In this document: positions 16,244 to 29,198 of the stretch, one piece after another
Layout of the letters: every line of letters begins with the position of its first letter
How positions within the stretch are numbered: position 1 is the first letter of the stretch
Virus genome (UHGV): UHGV-0146833
Reading direction: 5' to 3' (one strand)
Source of the DNA: a virus
Length of the DNA: 40,525 bases
Made by a program: the position numbers and the translations under genes
Notes under the pieces: model-generated
Seen by the model: the letters and a program-made list of their open reading frames with translations, nothing else
What the model was told of the DNA's origin: nothing
Database searches by the model: none

Positions 16244-17320
16244 ATGTTCAAAACCACTAATATTCATGGCGCACAACTCGTTTGCGCAGATTCTCTGCAA
16301 TTTATCAAAACCATCCCTGATAACTCGGTCAATTTGATTGCAACAGACCCACCATACTTCGGCGTAAAGGCTAACGCATGGGATAACCAGTGGGATAGCG
16401 ATGCTGACTTTTTGGGGTGGATTGACGAATTTTTGGCAGAATTTTGGCGGATATTGGCCCCTAATGGCAGCCTGTATATGTTTACCGGCTCTCGCCTTGC
16501 GTCAAAAATTGAATTATTAACTCGCGATCGTTTCAATGTTCTGAACCATATCATTTGGGCTAAACCCAGTGGTATGTGGCGCGGTTGTCATAAAGAAAGT
16601 TTAAGGGCTTATTTTCCTGCTACTGAAAGAATATTATTTGCAGAGCATTACGGCGCGTCAGGTTATGCTAAAGGTCAGTCAGGTTATGCTTCAAAATGTG
16701 CAGATTTAAGAAAAAATATTTTTTCTCCACTAATTGATGCTTTTTCGCTGGCTCGCCGTCAGTTAGATATATCAGCCGCAGACATTAATTCAGCGACAGG
16801 AAAGCAGATGTGTTCGCACTGGTTTTCTTATTCGCAGTGGCGGCTTCCATCATTAATTGATTTTAATAAACTATGCGAATTATTTCGCAGGAAGGCAGAT
16901 TCACTCGGTGTCCCGTGTCCATATCCTTTTAATGTTGATTATTCAGAACATGAAAAGTGTTATAGCGATCTGAAATTGCATTATGAGGAAGTAAAGAAGC
17001 AGTATGATGATTTGAAGGCTCAGTATGAAAATTTGCGTCGCCCATTTCATGTTACTGCAGATGTGCCTTATACCGATGTATGGGAGTTTCCTCCTGTGCA
17101 ATATTATCCTGGCAAGCACCCATGTGAAAAACCTGCAGCGATGATGGAACATATTATAAAGAGTAGTTCACGCCCCGGGGATATCGTTGCCGATTTCTTT
17201 ATGGGATCAGGCTCAACTATTAAAGCTGCGCTGAAGTTAGGACGTCAGGCAATAGGTATTGAGATTGAGAGCGAACGTTATCTTCAGACAGTTGATGAAG
17301 TGAAAAAGTTATTTGAGTAA
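16244..17320 (+). CDS. DNA N6-adenine/N4-cytosine methyltransferase (beta-class, DPPY catalytic motif)
   Basis: ATDPPYF near the N-terminus and FFMGSGST (AdoMet-binding FxGxG) near the C-terminus, a motif order typical of beta-class amino-methyltransferases; no restriction endonuclease partner adjacent. Confidence 0.8.
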   Translation: MFKTTNIHGAQLVCADSLQFIKTIPDNSVNLIATDPPYFGVKANAWDNQWDSDADFLGWIDEFLAEFWRILAPNGSLYMFTGSRLASKIELLTRDRFNVLNHIIWAKPSGMWRGCHKESLRAYFPATERILFAEHYGASGYAKGQSGYASKCADLRKNIFSPLIDAFSLARRQLDISAADINSATGKQMCSHWFSYSQWRLPSLIDFNKLCELFRRKADSLGVPCPYPFNVDYSEHEKCYSDLKLHYEEVKKQYDDLKAQYENLRRPFHVTADVPYTDVWEFPPVQYYPGKHPCEKPAAMMEHIIKSSSRPGDIVADFFMGSGSTIKAALKLGRQAIGIEIESERYLQTVDEVKKLFE

Positions 17321-17415
17321 CTGGAGAATATATTCCCCTGCCGTTTTTGGTAGGGGTTATTTTCATCATATAGTTTCCAAGCCGAAACCTCAGCAACTAT
17401 TGCGAGGTAAGAGAT

Positions 17416-17688
17416 ATGAAGATGGATGAACGATACAGCAGTGCATCTTATGGTAGCGCTGGTCTTGCTGCGTTCTTTGCCAGCCTGTCATTGCAGGATT
17501 GGGGCTTCATTATCGGTGTCGCGTTCAGCATTATCCTCGGTGTGCTTACATACCGGCTCAATAAACGCGAGCAGATGAAGCGCACGAAGATATTGCAGGA
17601 CTTATTGGATAAAACTAATACCAATAATCTTTCTGCTACAGCGATGGTTATTGGAGAGCTGGGGAAGAGAGCACCGAAGGAAATATGA
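17416..17688 (+). CDS. Holin (class II / pinholin-like, 90 aa)
   Basis: Two adjacent hydrophobic segments; immediately upstream of and overlapping the endolysin. Confidence 0.65.
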   Translation: MKMDERYSSASYGSAGLAAFFASLSLQDWGFIIGVAFSIILGVLTYRLNKREQMKRTKILQDLLDKTNTNNLSATAMVIGELGKRAPKEI

Positions 17689-18185
17689 TGCAGTCATCAT
17701 TACGCAAAGCTGTCACAGCTGCTATTGGTGGCGGGGCTATTGCCATAGCGTCTATGCTCATCACTGGCCCAAGTGGTAACGATGGTCTGGAAGGTGTAAG
17801 ACATAATCCTTACAAAGACATAGTTGGTGTATGGACTGTATGTTACGGGCATACAGGAAAAGACATCATTCCCGGTAAAACGTATACCGAAGCAGAATGC
17901 AAAGCCCTCCTGAATAAAGACCTTGCCACGGTCGCCAGACAAATTAACCCGTACATCAAAGTCGATATACCGGAAACAACGCGCGGCGCTCTTTACTCGT
18001 TCGTTTACAACGTGGGCGCTGGTAATTTCAGAACATCGACGCTTCTTCGCAAAATAAACCAGGGCGATATCAAAGGCGCATGTGATCAGCTACGTCGCTG
18101 GATATCTGCTGGCGGTAAGCAATGGAAAGGCCTGATGACTCGTCGTGAGATTGAGCGTGAAGTCTGTTTGTGGGGTCAACAATGA
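17685..18185 (+). CDS. R: SAR-type endolysin (phage lysozyme, phage 21 R-like)
   Basis: N-terminal Gly/Ala-rich signal-anchor [20 protein letters not shown] followed by the lysozyme catalytic region; close to remembered phage 21 R sequence. Confidence 0.85.
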   Translation: MMQSSLRKAVTAAIGGGAIAIASMLITGPSGNDGLEGVRHNPYKDIVGVWTVCYGHTGKDIIPGKTYTEAECKALLNKDLATVARQINPYIKVDIPETTRGALYSFVYNVGAGNFRTSTLLRKINQGDIKGACDQLRRWISAGGKQWKGLMTRREIEREVCLWGQQ

Positions 18186-18619
18186 GCAGGGTAACCGCGA
18201 TTATCTCCGCTCTGGTTATTTGCATCATCGTCTGCCTGTCGTGGGCTGTTAATCATTACCGTGATAACGCCATCGCCTACAAAGAGCAGCGCGATAAAGC
18301 CACATCCACAATCGCTGATATGCAGAAGCGTCAACGTGACGTAGCAGAACTCGATGCCAGATATACAAAGGAGCTTGCTGATGCTAACGCGACTATCGAA
18401 AGCCTCCGTGCTGATGTTTCTGCTGGGCGTAAGCGCCTGCAAGTCGCCGCCACCTGTGCAAAGTCAACGACCGGAGCCAGCGGCATGGGCAATGGAGAAA
18501 GCCCAAGACTTACAGCAGATGCTGAACTCAATTATTACCGTCTCCGAAGTGGGATCGACAGGATAACTGCGCAGGTTAACTACTTGCAGGAATACATCAA
18601 GACGCAATGCCTGAATTAA
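18182..18619 (+). CDS. Rz: Inner-membrane spanin Rz
   Basis: ATG overlapping the endolysin stop; N-terminal TM helix then coiled coil; position after endolysin. Confidence 0.8.
   Translation: MSRVTAIISALVICIIVCLSWAVNHYRDNAIAYKEQRDKATSTIADMQKRQRDVAELDARYTKELADANATIESLRADVSAGRKRLQVAATCAKSTTGASGMGNGESPRLTADAELNYYRLRSGIDRITAQVNYLQEYIKTQCLN
18381..18566 (+). CDS. Rz1: Outer-membrane lipoprotein spanin Rz1, embedded in Rz in the +1 frame
   Basis: Signal peptide ending in lipobox-like LLGVSAC followed by a Pro-rich segment [12 protein letters not shown]; fully nested in Rz. Confidence 0.7.
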   Translation: MLTRLSKASVLMFLLGVSACKSPPPVQSQRPEPAAWAMEKAQDLQQMLNSIITVSEVGSTG

Positions 18620-18660
18620 TCCCTCTGTATCAAAAACGAGCTCAATTTGTTGGATAGTGA

Positions 18661-18972
18661 ATGAAAATTTATATTGCCGGGCCAATGACGGGATATGAGA
18701 ACTTTAATCGTGACGCCTTTAATAAAGAGGCAGATCGTTTGTCACGACATGGTCACTCTGTCTTGAATCCAGCCACTTTGCCTAATGGTCTGACACAACG
18801 TGAATACATGGATATTTGCTTTGCAATGCTTCGTTGTGCTGATGCTATTTTGATGCTTCCTGGCTGGAAAGCGTCTGCTGGAGCAACTGCTGAGTATCAT
18901 TACGCATACAAGATGGAGATGCCGGTATTCACTACGCTGAATTACCCGCCAGCTTGTTCCTCTGTAGCATAA
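18661..18972 (+). CDS. DUF4406-like protein (nucleoside 2-deoxyribosyltransferase-like fold), 103 aa
   Basis: N-terminal MKIYIAGPMTGY...N-RD-F pattern as I recall for this family; family assignment from memory. Confidence 0.5.
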   Translation: MKIYIAGPMTGYENFNRDAFNKEADRLSRHGHSVLNPATLPNGLTQREYMDICFAMLRCADAILMLPGWKASAGATAEYHYAYKMEMPVFTTLNYPPACSSVA

Positions 18973-18992
18973 AAATCTCTTTGTTTCTCGTT

Positions 18993-19008
18993 TGCGACCG
19001 TGGTCGCA
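18993..19008. repeat. Palindrome TGCGACC-GT-GGTCGCA (centromere-like family, copy 4 of 6)
   Basis: Read directly, 20 bp after the stop of gene 18661..18972. Confidence 0.7.
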
Positions 19009-19020
19009 CATTAAATACCG

Positions 19021-19288
19021 CGCTGTATCGTCGCTGTATTCCCGCATTAACCATGACCGTAGCCCGACGGGGAACTCATCTGCGCGAGTGTGCGGAAATA
19101 ATCAAAAACGATGCACACCGGGTTTTTACCGCGCTAATGATTCGCGGGTTTGCCCCTAACGCTCGCCAGTCCTGTGCGAGGGTGGAAGAAACAGGGCATG
19201 TATTCAGGAGCGTGCGACCGTGGTCGCACGGTATCTTTGTCAGGAGGTTTTGATGAAAGAGTTGCAAAAAATTAATTCAATAATGGAA
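19021..19288 (+). repeat. Direct repeat copy 1 (~268 bp, ~96% identical to 20804-21071); contains palindrome copy 5 (19213-19228), an RBS and the first 12 codons of gene 19253
   Basis: Base-by-base alignment of the two copies at a constant offset of 1783 bp. Confidence 0.85.
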
Positions 19289-20113
19289 AGGTTAAGTGCT
19301 CTTGAGCGTAAGCAGGACGATTGTGGAAAGCTGTGTGTTGAAAAGCAAAATGAGCTTTACCGGGGATTTTTTACAATCGTAAGTGAGCTGATGCCAATTG
19401 TTAATAACTGCCTAATGACATCCAGATTTTTTAATGTCGGTGCTACTACATCCAGAAAATTTACTGTGAAAATTCAAGAAAGAGTTTCTGGTAGTGTGAC
19501 AAGAGAGATGGCTGAACAGTTTGTGGCAATGAGTAATAAAACAAAAAGAAAAAAGGCATTGCTTGTAACAGTAAATCAGCTTTCAGGGCGCGTTGACTTT
19601 CAGGTCAGACAGGGTGGGCGTGTACTGGTAAACGATGCGTTCGTTGGACGTTGCTTTAGTCCTTACTCGATGAAATATGATGTTGATGCAGATGATCAGG
19701 ATATCAGCATTTCCTGGAAATCTGAGACAGCAGGGATTGTATTAACAGCAGAGTTGTTGAGTGATGATAAAAATGATGGCCAGCATCATTTGGACGAAAA
19801 AAATCATATTTCTGAAATTTGTATGAAGCCACGTAGTGGAATGACTTTATTGTCGCGAACTCTTGCTGCTGGCTTTTCTGCAACGGAGAAACGTGTGCTT
19901 CTGGTAGTGCCTGAAGATGCAGATATTCGTCCACTGAATGGCTGTGATGTTATTAGTGCAAAAACATTGCATACCCGCATCATGCCTGTACCGGATGTGG
20001 TCATCATTGATGATGTTGAGAAATGCAAGTCTGTTTCCTCAACTGCCACAATCAAACGAATTTTACGTTGTAGCTCGTCGGCTGTTGTATTCCGGAAGCA
20101 GTTACATAACTAA
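19253..20113 (+). CDS. Hypothetical soluble protein (286 aa), no recognised domain; AT-rich cassette gene
   Basis: ATG with AGGAGG RBS (internal M of track ORF 19220..20113); AT-rich relative to flanking phage genes. Confidence 0.7.
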   Translation: MKELQKINSIMERLSALERKQDDCGKLCVEKQNELYRGFFTIVSELMPIVNNCLMTSRFFNVGATTSRKFTVKIQERVSGSVTREMAEQFVAMSNKTKRKKALLVTVNQLSGRVDFQVRQGGRVLVNDAFVGRCFSPYSMKYDVDADDQDISISWKSETAGIVLTAELLSDDKNDGQHHLDEKNHISEICMKPRSGMTLLSRTLAAGFSATEKRVLLVVPEDADIRPLNGCDVISAKTLHTRIMPVPDVVIIDDVEKCKSVSSTATIKRILRCSSSAVVFRKQLHN

Positions 20114-20236
20114 CCAGTTTTGTTTTGCAGAACATCCTCAACTAAAAGCTTATAGAAAGAGAGCCTGAGATATTTTTTCTGTCTCTCGTAGTTGTTTATT
20201 TTTCTCGAACAGGCTTACAACTTACAGGATATAAAC

Positions 20237-20686
20237 ATGCAAGAAGAAGCAAATAAAATTCTTGTTGATTTATTGAAGAAGGCCAGCGATGGAATTGATT
20301 CCGCCATTGCATTCAGTCAGGCTCAGATTCCGGATGTTGTTCATCAGTTGCTGGTATGGAATATGGTTGATAGCCTGATTAAAACATTAATAGCCATTTC
20401 AACAATCCCGCTGGTTTTCTGGTTTATGAAAAAACAGTACCAAAAAGTTGAAATTGGTATATTCGATAATGAAGGACGCTCATGTGATAATGGACAGCCT
20501 AAATACAAACCGACTATGATTTGGGAAAGTGACGGTAGGTTAAGTGGTTTTGTCTTGCCATTAGTAGCACTTTTTATTCTATGGTTCAGTTTTATTATTG
20601 CTGTAGTAACCAATATGACATGGTTAAAAATCTGGTTGGCACCTAAGTTATATCTAATCGAATACGCAGCATCACTAATTAAATAG
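20237..20686 (+). CDS. Hypothetical membrane protein with two predicted TM helices (149 aa)
   Basis: Hydrophobic segments LIKTLIAISTIPLVFWFM and FVLPLVALFILWFSFIIAVV; internal ATG of track ORF 20192 (which begins with TTG). Confidence 0.6.
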   Translation: MQEEANKILVDLLKKASDGIDSAIAFSQAQIPDVVHQLLVWNMVDSLIKTLIAISTIPLVFWFMKKQYQKVEIGIFDNEGRSCDNGQPKYKPTMIWESDGRLSGFVLPLVALFILWFSFIIAVVTNMTWLKIWLAPKLYLIEYAASLIK

Positions 20687-20803
20687 TCCATTACAAAAGC
20701 CATTCGCTACTGAGTGGCTTTGATAATGGCTTATACCCTGCACGGGATAACTTAACTGATATCCCTTTTAACGGATAAAGGTATTCAAGCCTGACACATC
20801 ATG

Positions 20804-21071
20804 CGCTGCATCGTCGCCGTATTTCCGCATTAACCATGACCGTAGCCCGACGGGGAACTCCTCTGCGCGAGTGTGCGGAAATAATCAAAAACGATGCACA
20901 CCGGGTTTTTACCGCGCTAATGATTCGCGGGTTTGTCCCTCATGCTCGCCAGTCCTGTGCGAGGGTGGAAGAAACAGGGCATGTATTCAGGAGCGTGCGA
21001 CCGTGGTCACACGGTATCTTTGTCAGGAGGTTGTGATGAAAGAGTCGCAGAAATTTAATTCAATAATGGAA
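20804..21071 (+). repeat. Direct repeat copy 2; contains degenerate palindrome TGCGACC-GT-GGTCACA (20996-21011, copy 6)
   Basis: Aligned to copy 1; ~10 substitutions. Confidence 0.85.
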
Positions 21072-21146
21072 CGATTCTGTTCTCCTGAGCGAGAGGCTTA
21101 CAACATGCATTCATTGAGCGCCTGTTGTAATATCGCCAAACATTAA
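21036..21146 (+). pseudogene. 36-aa ORF whose first 13 codons (MKESQKFNSIMER) are homologous to the N-terminus of gene 19253; probable remnant or short alternative gene headed by repeat copy 2
   Basis: Shared RBS and N-terminal codons within the direct repeat, diverging immediately after the repeat boundary. Confidence 0.3.
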
Positions 21147-21278
21147 TCAGGTGCGCGAGATGTCGGCTAATACTGACCCTGACGAAATGTGACGCTGCTT
21201 TAATCTGAAAGATGGTGCAGACGGCCTATAGTTCGCATCCATTCCTGATTACCCGATTCAAGTTGATGAGACAGAAAC

Positions 21279-21524
21279 ATGACAGCTGCTAAAGAGCAGA
21301 TTGAATATGAGCTAAATGAATTCTTCGCGTCCGCCCTTGGTGATGTGTTTAAAAGTTGCCGACTGGCTGAAAGCGTATCGGATTACCAGATCTCTACTGT
21401 TAGTTTTCCAACGGAAAAAAACGCCTGGTTGGAGCTTGGTGAATTACCCGTGATTATCGAGTTGTCTAACGGACGTCGCTTTGAGATTAGTGCGTCTGAA
21501 TGGTTGCAGATCACACCGCTTTAA
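21279..21524 (+). CDS. Hypothetical protein (81 aa) upstream of cos
   Basis: ORF in track; function unknown. Confidence 0.45.
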   Translation: MTAAKEQIEYELNEFFASALGDVFKSCRLAESVSDYQISTVSFPTEKNAWLELGELPVIIELSNGRRFEISASEWLQITPL

Positions 21525-21596
21525 ATTAAGCCCGCTGCTCACCTTGGCTACAGGCATTCGCTAGTGGCTGGGTCCTTTCCGGCGATCCGACAGACT

Positions 21597-21788
21597 ACGG
21601 GGCGGAAGGCGCGCGGGTTTTCGCTATTTATGAAAATTTTCCGGTTTAAGGCGTTTCCGTTCTTCTTCTCCGTAACTTCATGTTTTTATTTAAAACACCC
21701 CCTGAAAAGAAAGGAAACGACAGATGCTGAAAACGGGCTTTTTGGCCTTTGTCGTTTCCTTTCTCTGTTTTTGTCCGTGGAATGAACA
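21597..21788. other. cos site: cosN around 21600-21611 and lambda-like cosB (terminase binding region) up to the Nu1 start
   Basis: Segment CGCGGGTTTTCGCTATTTATGAAAATTTTCCGGTTTAAGGCGTTTCCG... matches the remembered left end of lambda; the 12 nt corresponding to the cohesive end read GGGCGGAAGGCG here versus GGGCGGCGACCT recalled for lambda. Confidence 0.75.
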
Positions 21789-22308
21789 ATGGAAGTCAAC
21801 AAAAAGCAGCTGGCTGATATTTTCGGTGCGAGTATCCGTACCATTCAGAACTGGCAGGAGCAGGGAATGCCCGTTCTGCGAGGCGGTGGCAAGGGTAATG
21901 AGGTGCTTTATGATTCTGCCGCCGTCATAAAATGGTATGCCGAAAGGGATGCTGAAATTGAGAACGAAAAGCTGCGCCGGGAGGTTGAAGAACTGCGGCT
22001 GGCCAGCGAGGCAGATCTTCACCCCGGAACACTTGAATTTGAGCGCCATCGCCTGACTCGTGCTCAGGCGACGGCGCAGGAACTGAAAAATGCCAAAGAA
22101 TCGGCTGAAGTGGTGGAAACCGCATTCTGTACTTTCGTGCTGTCGCGTATAGCAAGGGAAATATCCAGTATTCTCGACGGTATTCCTCTGTCGGTGCAGC
22201 GACGTTTTCCTGAGCTGGATAACCGGCATATTGATTTCCTGAAACGGGATATCATCAAAGCCATGAACAAAGCAGCCGCGCTGGATGAACTGATACCGGG
22301 GTTGCTGA

Positions 22309-22334
<26 letters not shown>
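21789..22334 (+). CDS. nu1: Terminase small subunit Nu1
   Basis: 181 aa, near-identical to remembered lambda Nu1 (MEVNKKQLADIFGASIRTIQNWQEQGMPVLRGGGKGNEVLYD...). Confidence 0.95.
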
Positions 22335-26015
<3,681 letters not shown>

Positions 26016-26035
<20 letters not shown>

Positions 26036-27335
26036 TCTCCCGCATATTGCCAGCATGGCCTTTAATGAGCCGCTGATGCTTGAACCCGCCTATGCGCGGG
26101 TTTTCTTTTGTGCGCTTGCAGGCCAGCTTGGGATCAGCCGCCTGACGGATGCGGTGTCCGGTGACAGCCTGACTGCCGGAGAGGCACCCGCGACGCTGGC
26201 GTTATCCGTTAATGATGACGGACCACGACAGGCCCGCAGTTATCAGGTCATGAACGGCATCGCCGTGCTGCCGGTGTCCGGCACGCTGGTCAGCCGGACG
26301 CGGGCGCTGCAGCCGTATTCGGGGATGACCGGTTACAACGGCATTATCGCCCGTCTGCAACAGGCTGCCAGCGACCCGATGGTGGACGGCATTCTGCTCG
26401 ATATGGACACGCCAGGCGGGATGGTGGCAGGGGCATTTGACTGCGCTGACATCATCGCCCGTGTGCGTGACATAAAGCCGGTATGGGCGCTGGCCAACGA
26501 CATGAACTGCAGTGCAGGGCAGCTGCTTGCCAGCGCCGCCTCCCGGCGTCTGGTCACGCAGACCGCCCGGACAGGCTCCATCGGCGTCATGATGGCTCAC
26601 AGTAATTACGGTGCTGCGCTGGAGAAACAGGGTGTGGAAATCACGCTGATTTACAGCGGCAGCCATAAGGTGGATGGCAACCCCTACAGCCATCTTCCGG
26701 ATGACGTCCGGGAGACACTGCAGTCCCGGATGGATGCAACCCGCCGGATGTTTGCGCAGAAGGTGTCGGCATATACCGGCCTGTCCGTGCAGGCTGTGCT
26801 GGATACCGAGGCTGCAGTGTACAGCGGTCAGGAGGCCATTGATGCCGGACTGGCTGATGAACTTGTTAACAGTACCGATGCGATCACCGTTATGCGTGAG
26901 GCACTGGATGCACGTAAATCCCGTCTCTCAGGAGGGCGAATGACCAAAGAGACTCAATCAACAACTGTTTCAGCCACTGCTTCGCAGGCTGACGTTACTG
27001 GCGTGGTGCAAGCGACGGAGGGCGAGAACGCCAGCGCTGCGCAGCCGGACGTGAACGCGCAGATCACCGCAGCGGTTGCGGCAGAAAACAGTCGCATTAT
27101 GGGGATCCTCAACTGTGAGGAGGCTCACGGACGCGAAGAACAGGCACGTGTGCTGGCCGAAACCCCCGGTATGACCGTGGAAACGGCCCGCCGCATTCTG
27201 GCCGCAGCACCACAGAGTGCACAGGCGCGCAGTGACACTGCGCTGGATCGTCTGATGCAGGGGGCACCGGCACCGCTGGCTGCAGGTAACCCGGCATCTG
27301 ATGCCGTTAACGATTTGCTGAACACACCAGTGTAA
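26016..27335 (+). CDS. C: Head maturation protease / scaffold C (439 aa from GTG start)
   Basis: VTAALRNLPHIASMAFNEPLML... matches lambda C N-terminus; GTG start overlapping the B end. Confidence 0.9.
26940..27335 (+). CDS. nu3: Scaffolding protein Nu3 (in-frame internal start within C)
   Basis: Internal ATG in the C frame at MTKETQSTT..., as in lambda Nu3; by analogy. Confidence 0.6.
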   Translation: MTKETQSTTVSATASQADVTGVVQATEGENASAAQPDVNAQITAAVAAENSRIMGILNCEEAHGREEQARVLAETPGMTVETARRILAAAPQSAQARSDTALDRLMQGAPAPLAAGNPASDAVNDLLNTPV

Positions 27336-27344
27336 GGGATGTTT

Positions 27345-27677
27345 ATGACGAGCAAAGAAACCTTTACCCATTACCAGCCGCTGGGCAACAGTGACCCGGC
27401 TCATACCGCAACCGCGCCCGGCGGATTGAGTGCGAAAGCGCCTGCAATGACCCCGCTGATGCTGGACACCTCCACCCGTAAGCTGGTTGCGTGGGATGGC
27501 ACCACCGACGGTGCTGCCGTTGGCATTCTTGCGGTTGCTGCTGACCAGACCAGCACCACACTGACGTTCTACAAGTCCGGCACGTTCCGTTATGAGGATG
27601 TGCTCTGGCCGGAGGCTGCCAGCGACGAGACGAAAAAACGGACCGCGTTTGCCGGAACGGCAATCAGCATCGTTTAA
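27345..27677 (+). CDS. D: Head decoration protein D
   Basis: [27 protein letters not shown]... matches lambda D. Confidence 0.93.
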   Translation: MTSKETFTHYQPLGNSDPAHTATAPGGLSAKAPAMTPLMLDTSTRKLVAWDGTTDGAAVGILAVAADQTSTTLTFYKSGTFRYEDVLWPEAASDETKKRTAFAGTAISIV

Positions 27678-27732
27678 CCTGACCCTTCATCACTAAAGGC
27701 CGCCTGTGCGGCTTTTTTTACGGGATTTTTTT

Positions 27733-28758
27733 ATGTCGATGTACACAACCGCCCAGCTGCTGGCGGCAAATGAGCAGAAATTTAAGTTTGATCCGCTGTT
27801 TCTGCGTCTCTTTTTCCGTGAGAGCTATCCCTTCACCACGGAGAAAGTCTATCTCTCACAAATTCCGGGACTGGTAAACATGGCGCTGTACGTTTCGCCG
27901 ATTGTTTCCGGTGAGGTTATCCGCTCCCGTGGCGGCTCCACCTCTGAATTTACACCGGGATATGTCAAGCCGAAGCATGAGGTGAATCCGCAGATGACCC
28001 TGCGTCGCCTGCCGGATGAAGATCCGCAGAATCTGGCGGACCCGGCTTACCGCCGCCGTCGCATCATCATGCAGAACATGCGAGACGAAGAGCTGGCCAT
28101 TGCTCAGGTCGAAGAGATGCAGGCCGTTTCTGCCGTGCTCAGGGGCAAATACACCATGACCGGTGAAGCCTTCGATCCGGTTGAGGTGGATATGGGCCGC
28201 AGTGCGGCGAACAACATCACACAGTCCGGTGGCACGGAGTGGAGCAAGCGTGACAAGTCCACGTATGACCCGACCGACGATATCGAAGCCTACGCGCTGA
28301 ACGCCAGCGGCGTGGTGAATATCATCGTGTTTGACCCGAAAGGCTGGGCGCTGTTCCGTTCCTTCAAAGCCGTCAGGGAGAAGCTGGATACCCGTCGCGG
28401 CTCTCATTCCGAACTGGAGACAGCGGTAAAAGACCTGGGCAAAGCGGTGTCTTATAAGGGAATGTATGGCGATGTGGCCATCGTCGTGTATTCCGGACAG
28501 TACGTGGAAAACGGCGTCAAAAAGAACTTCCTGCCGGACAACACGATGGTGCTGGGTAACACTCAGGCACGCGGTCTGCGCACCTATGGCTGTATTCAGG
28601 ATGCGGATGCATTGAGTGAGGGTATTAATGCGTCTCCCCGTTATCCGAAAAACTGGAAGACATCCGGCGATCCGGCGCGAGAGTTCACCATGATTCAGTC
28701 AGCACCGCTGATGCTGCTGGCTGATCCTGATGAGTTCGTGTCCGTTCAACTGGCGTAA
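27733..28758 (+). CDS. E: Major capsid protein E
   Basis: 341 aa from MSMYTTAQLLAANEQKFKFDP..., lambda E-like. Confidence 0.95.
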   Translation: MSMYTTAQLLAANEQKFKFDPLFLRLFFRESYPFTTEKVYLSQIPGLVNMALYVSPIVSGEVIRSRGGSTSEFTPGYVKPKHEVNPQMTLRRLPDEDPQNLADPAYRRRRIIMQNMRDEELAIAQVEEMQAVSAVLRGKYTMTGEAFDPVEVDMGRSAANNITQSGGTEWSKRDKSTYDPTDDIEAYALNASGVVNIIVFDPKGWALFRSFKAVREKLDTRRGSHSELETAVKDLGKAVSYKGMYGDVAIVVYSGQYVENGVKKNFLPDNTMVLGNTQARGLRTYGCIQDADALSEGINASPRYPKNWKTSGDPAREFTMIQSAPLMLLADPDEFVSVQLA

Positions 28759-28799
28759 TCATGGCCCTTCGGGGCCATTGTTTCTCTGTGGAGGAGTCC

Positions 28800-29198
28800 A
28801 TGACGAAAGATGAACTGATTGCCCGTCTCCGTTCGCTGGGTGAACAACTGAACCGTGATGTCAGCCTGACGGGGACGAAAGAAGAACTGGCGCTACGTGT
28901 GGCAGAGCTGGAAGAGGAGCTTGATGACACGGATGACGCTGCCGGTCAGGATACATCTGTCAACCCGGAAAATGCGCGGACCGGACATGAAAATGAGGTG
29001 GTATCAGCGCAGCCGGATACCGTGATTCAGGATACTGCTGAACTGGTCACGGTCGTGGCACTGGTGACGCTGCATACAGATGCACTTCACGCCACGCGGG
29101 ATGAACCTGTGGCATTTGCGCTGCCGGGAACGGCGTTCCGTGTCTCTGCCGGTGTGGCAGCTGAAATGACAGCGCGCGGCCTGGCCAGAATGCAATAA
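28800..29198 (+). CDS. FI: DNA packaging protein FI
   Basis: MTKDELIARLRSLGEQLNRDVSLTGTKEELALRVAELEEE... lambda FI-like. Confidence 0.9.
   Translation: MTKDELIARLRSLGEQLNRDVSLTGTKEELALRVAELEEELDDTDDAAGQDTSVNPENARTGHENEVVSAQPDTVIQDTAELVTVVALVTLHTDALHATRDEPVAFALPGTAFRVSAGVAAEMTARGLARMQ

Noticed and set aside
18954-21036. ORFs 18954..19253 (99 aa) and 20836..21036 (66 aa) inside the two direct-repeat copies
   Set aside because: They read straight through the palindrome (VRPWSH is simply its translation), and most nucleotide differences between the two copies change the amino acid in this frame, so there is no sign of purifying selection. Treated as non-coding repeat sequence.
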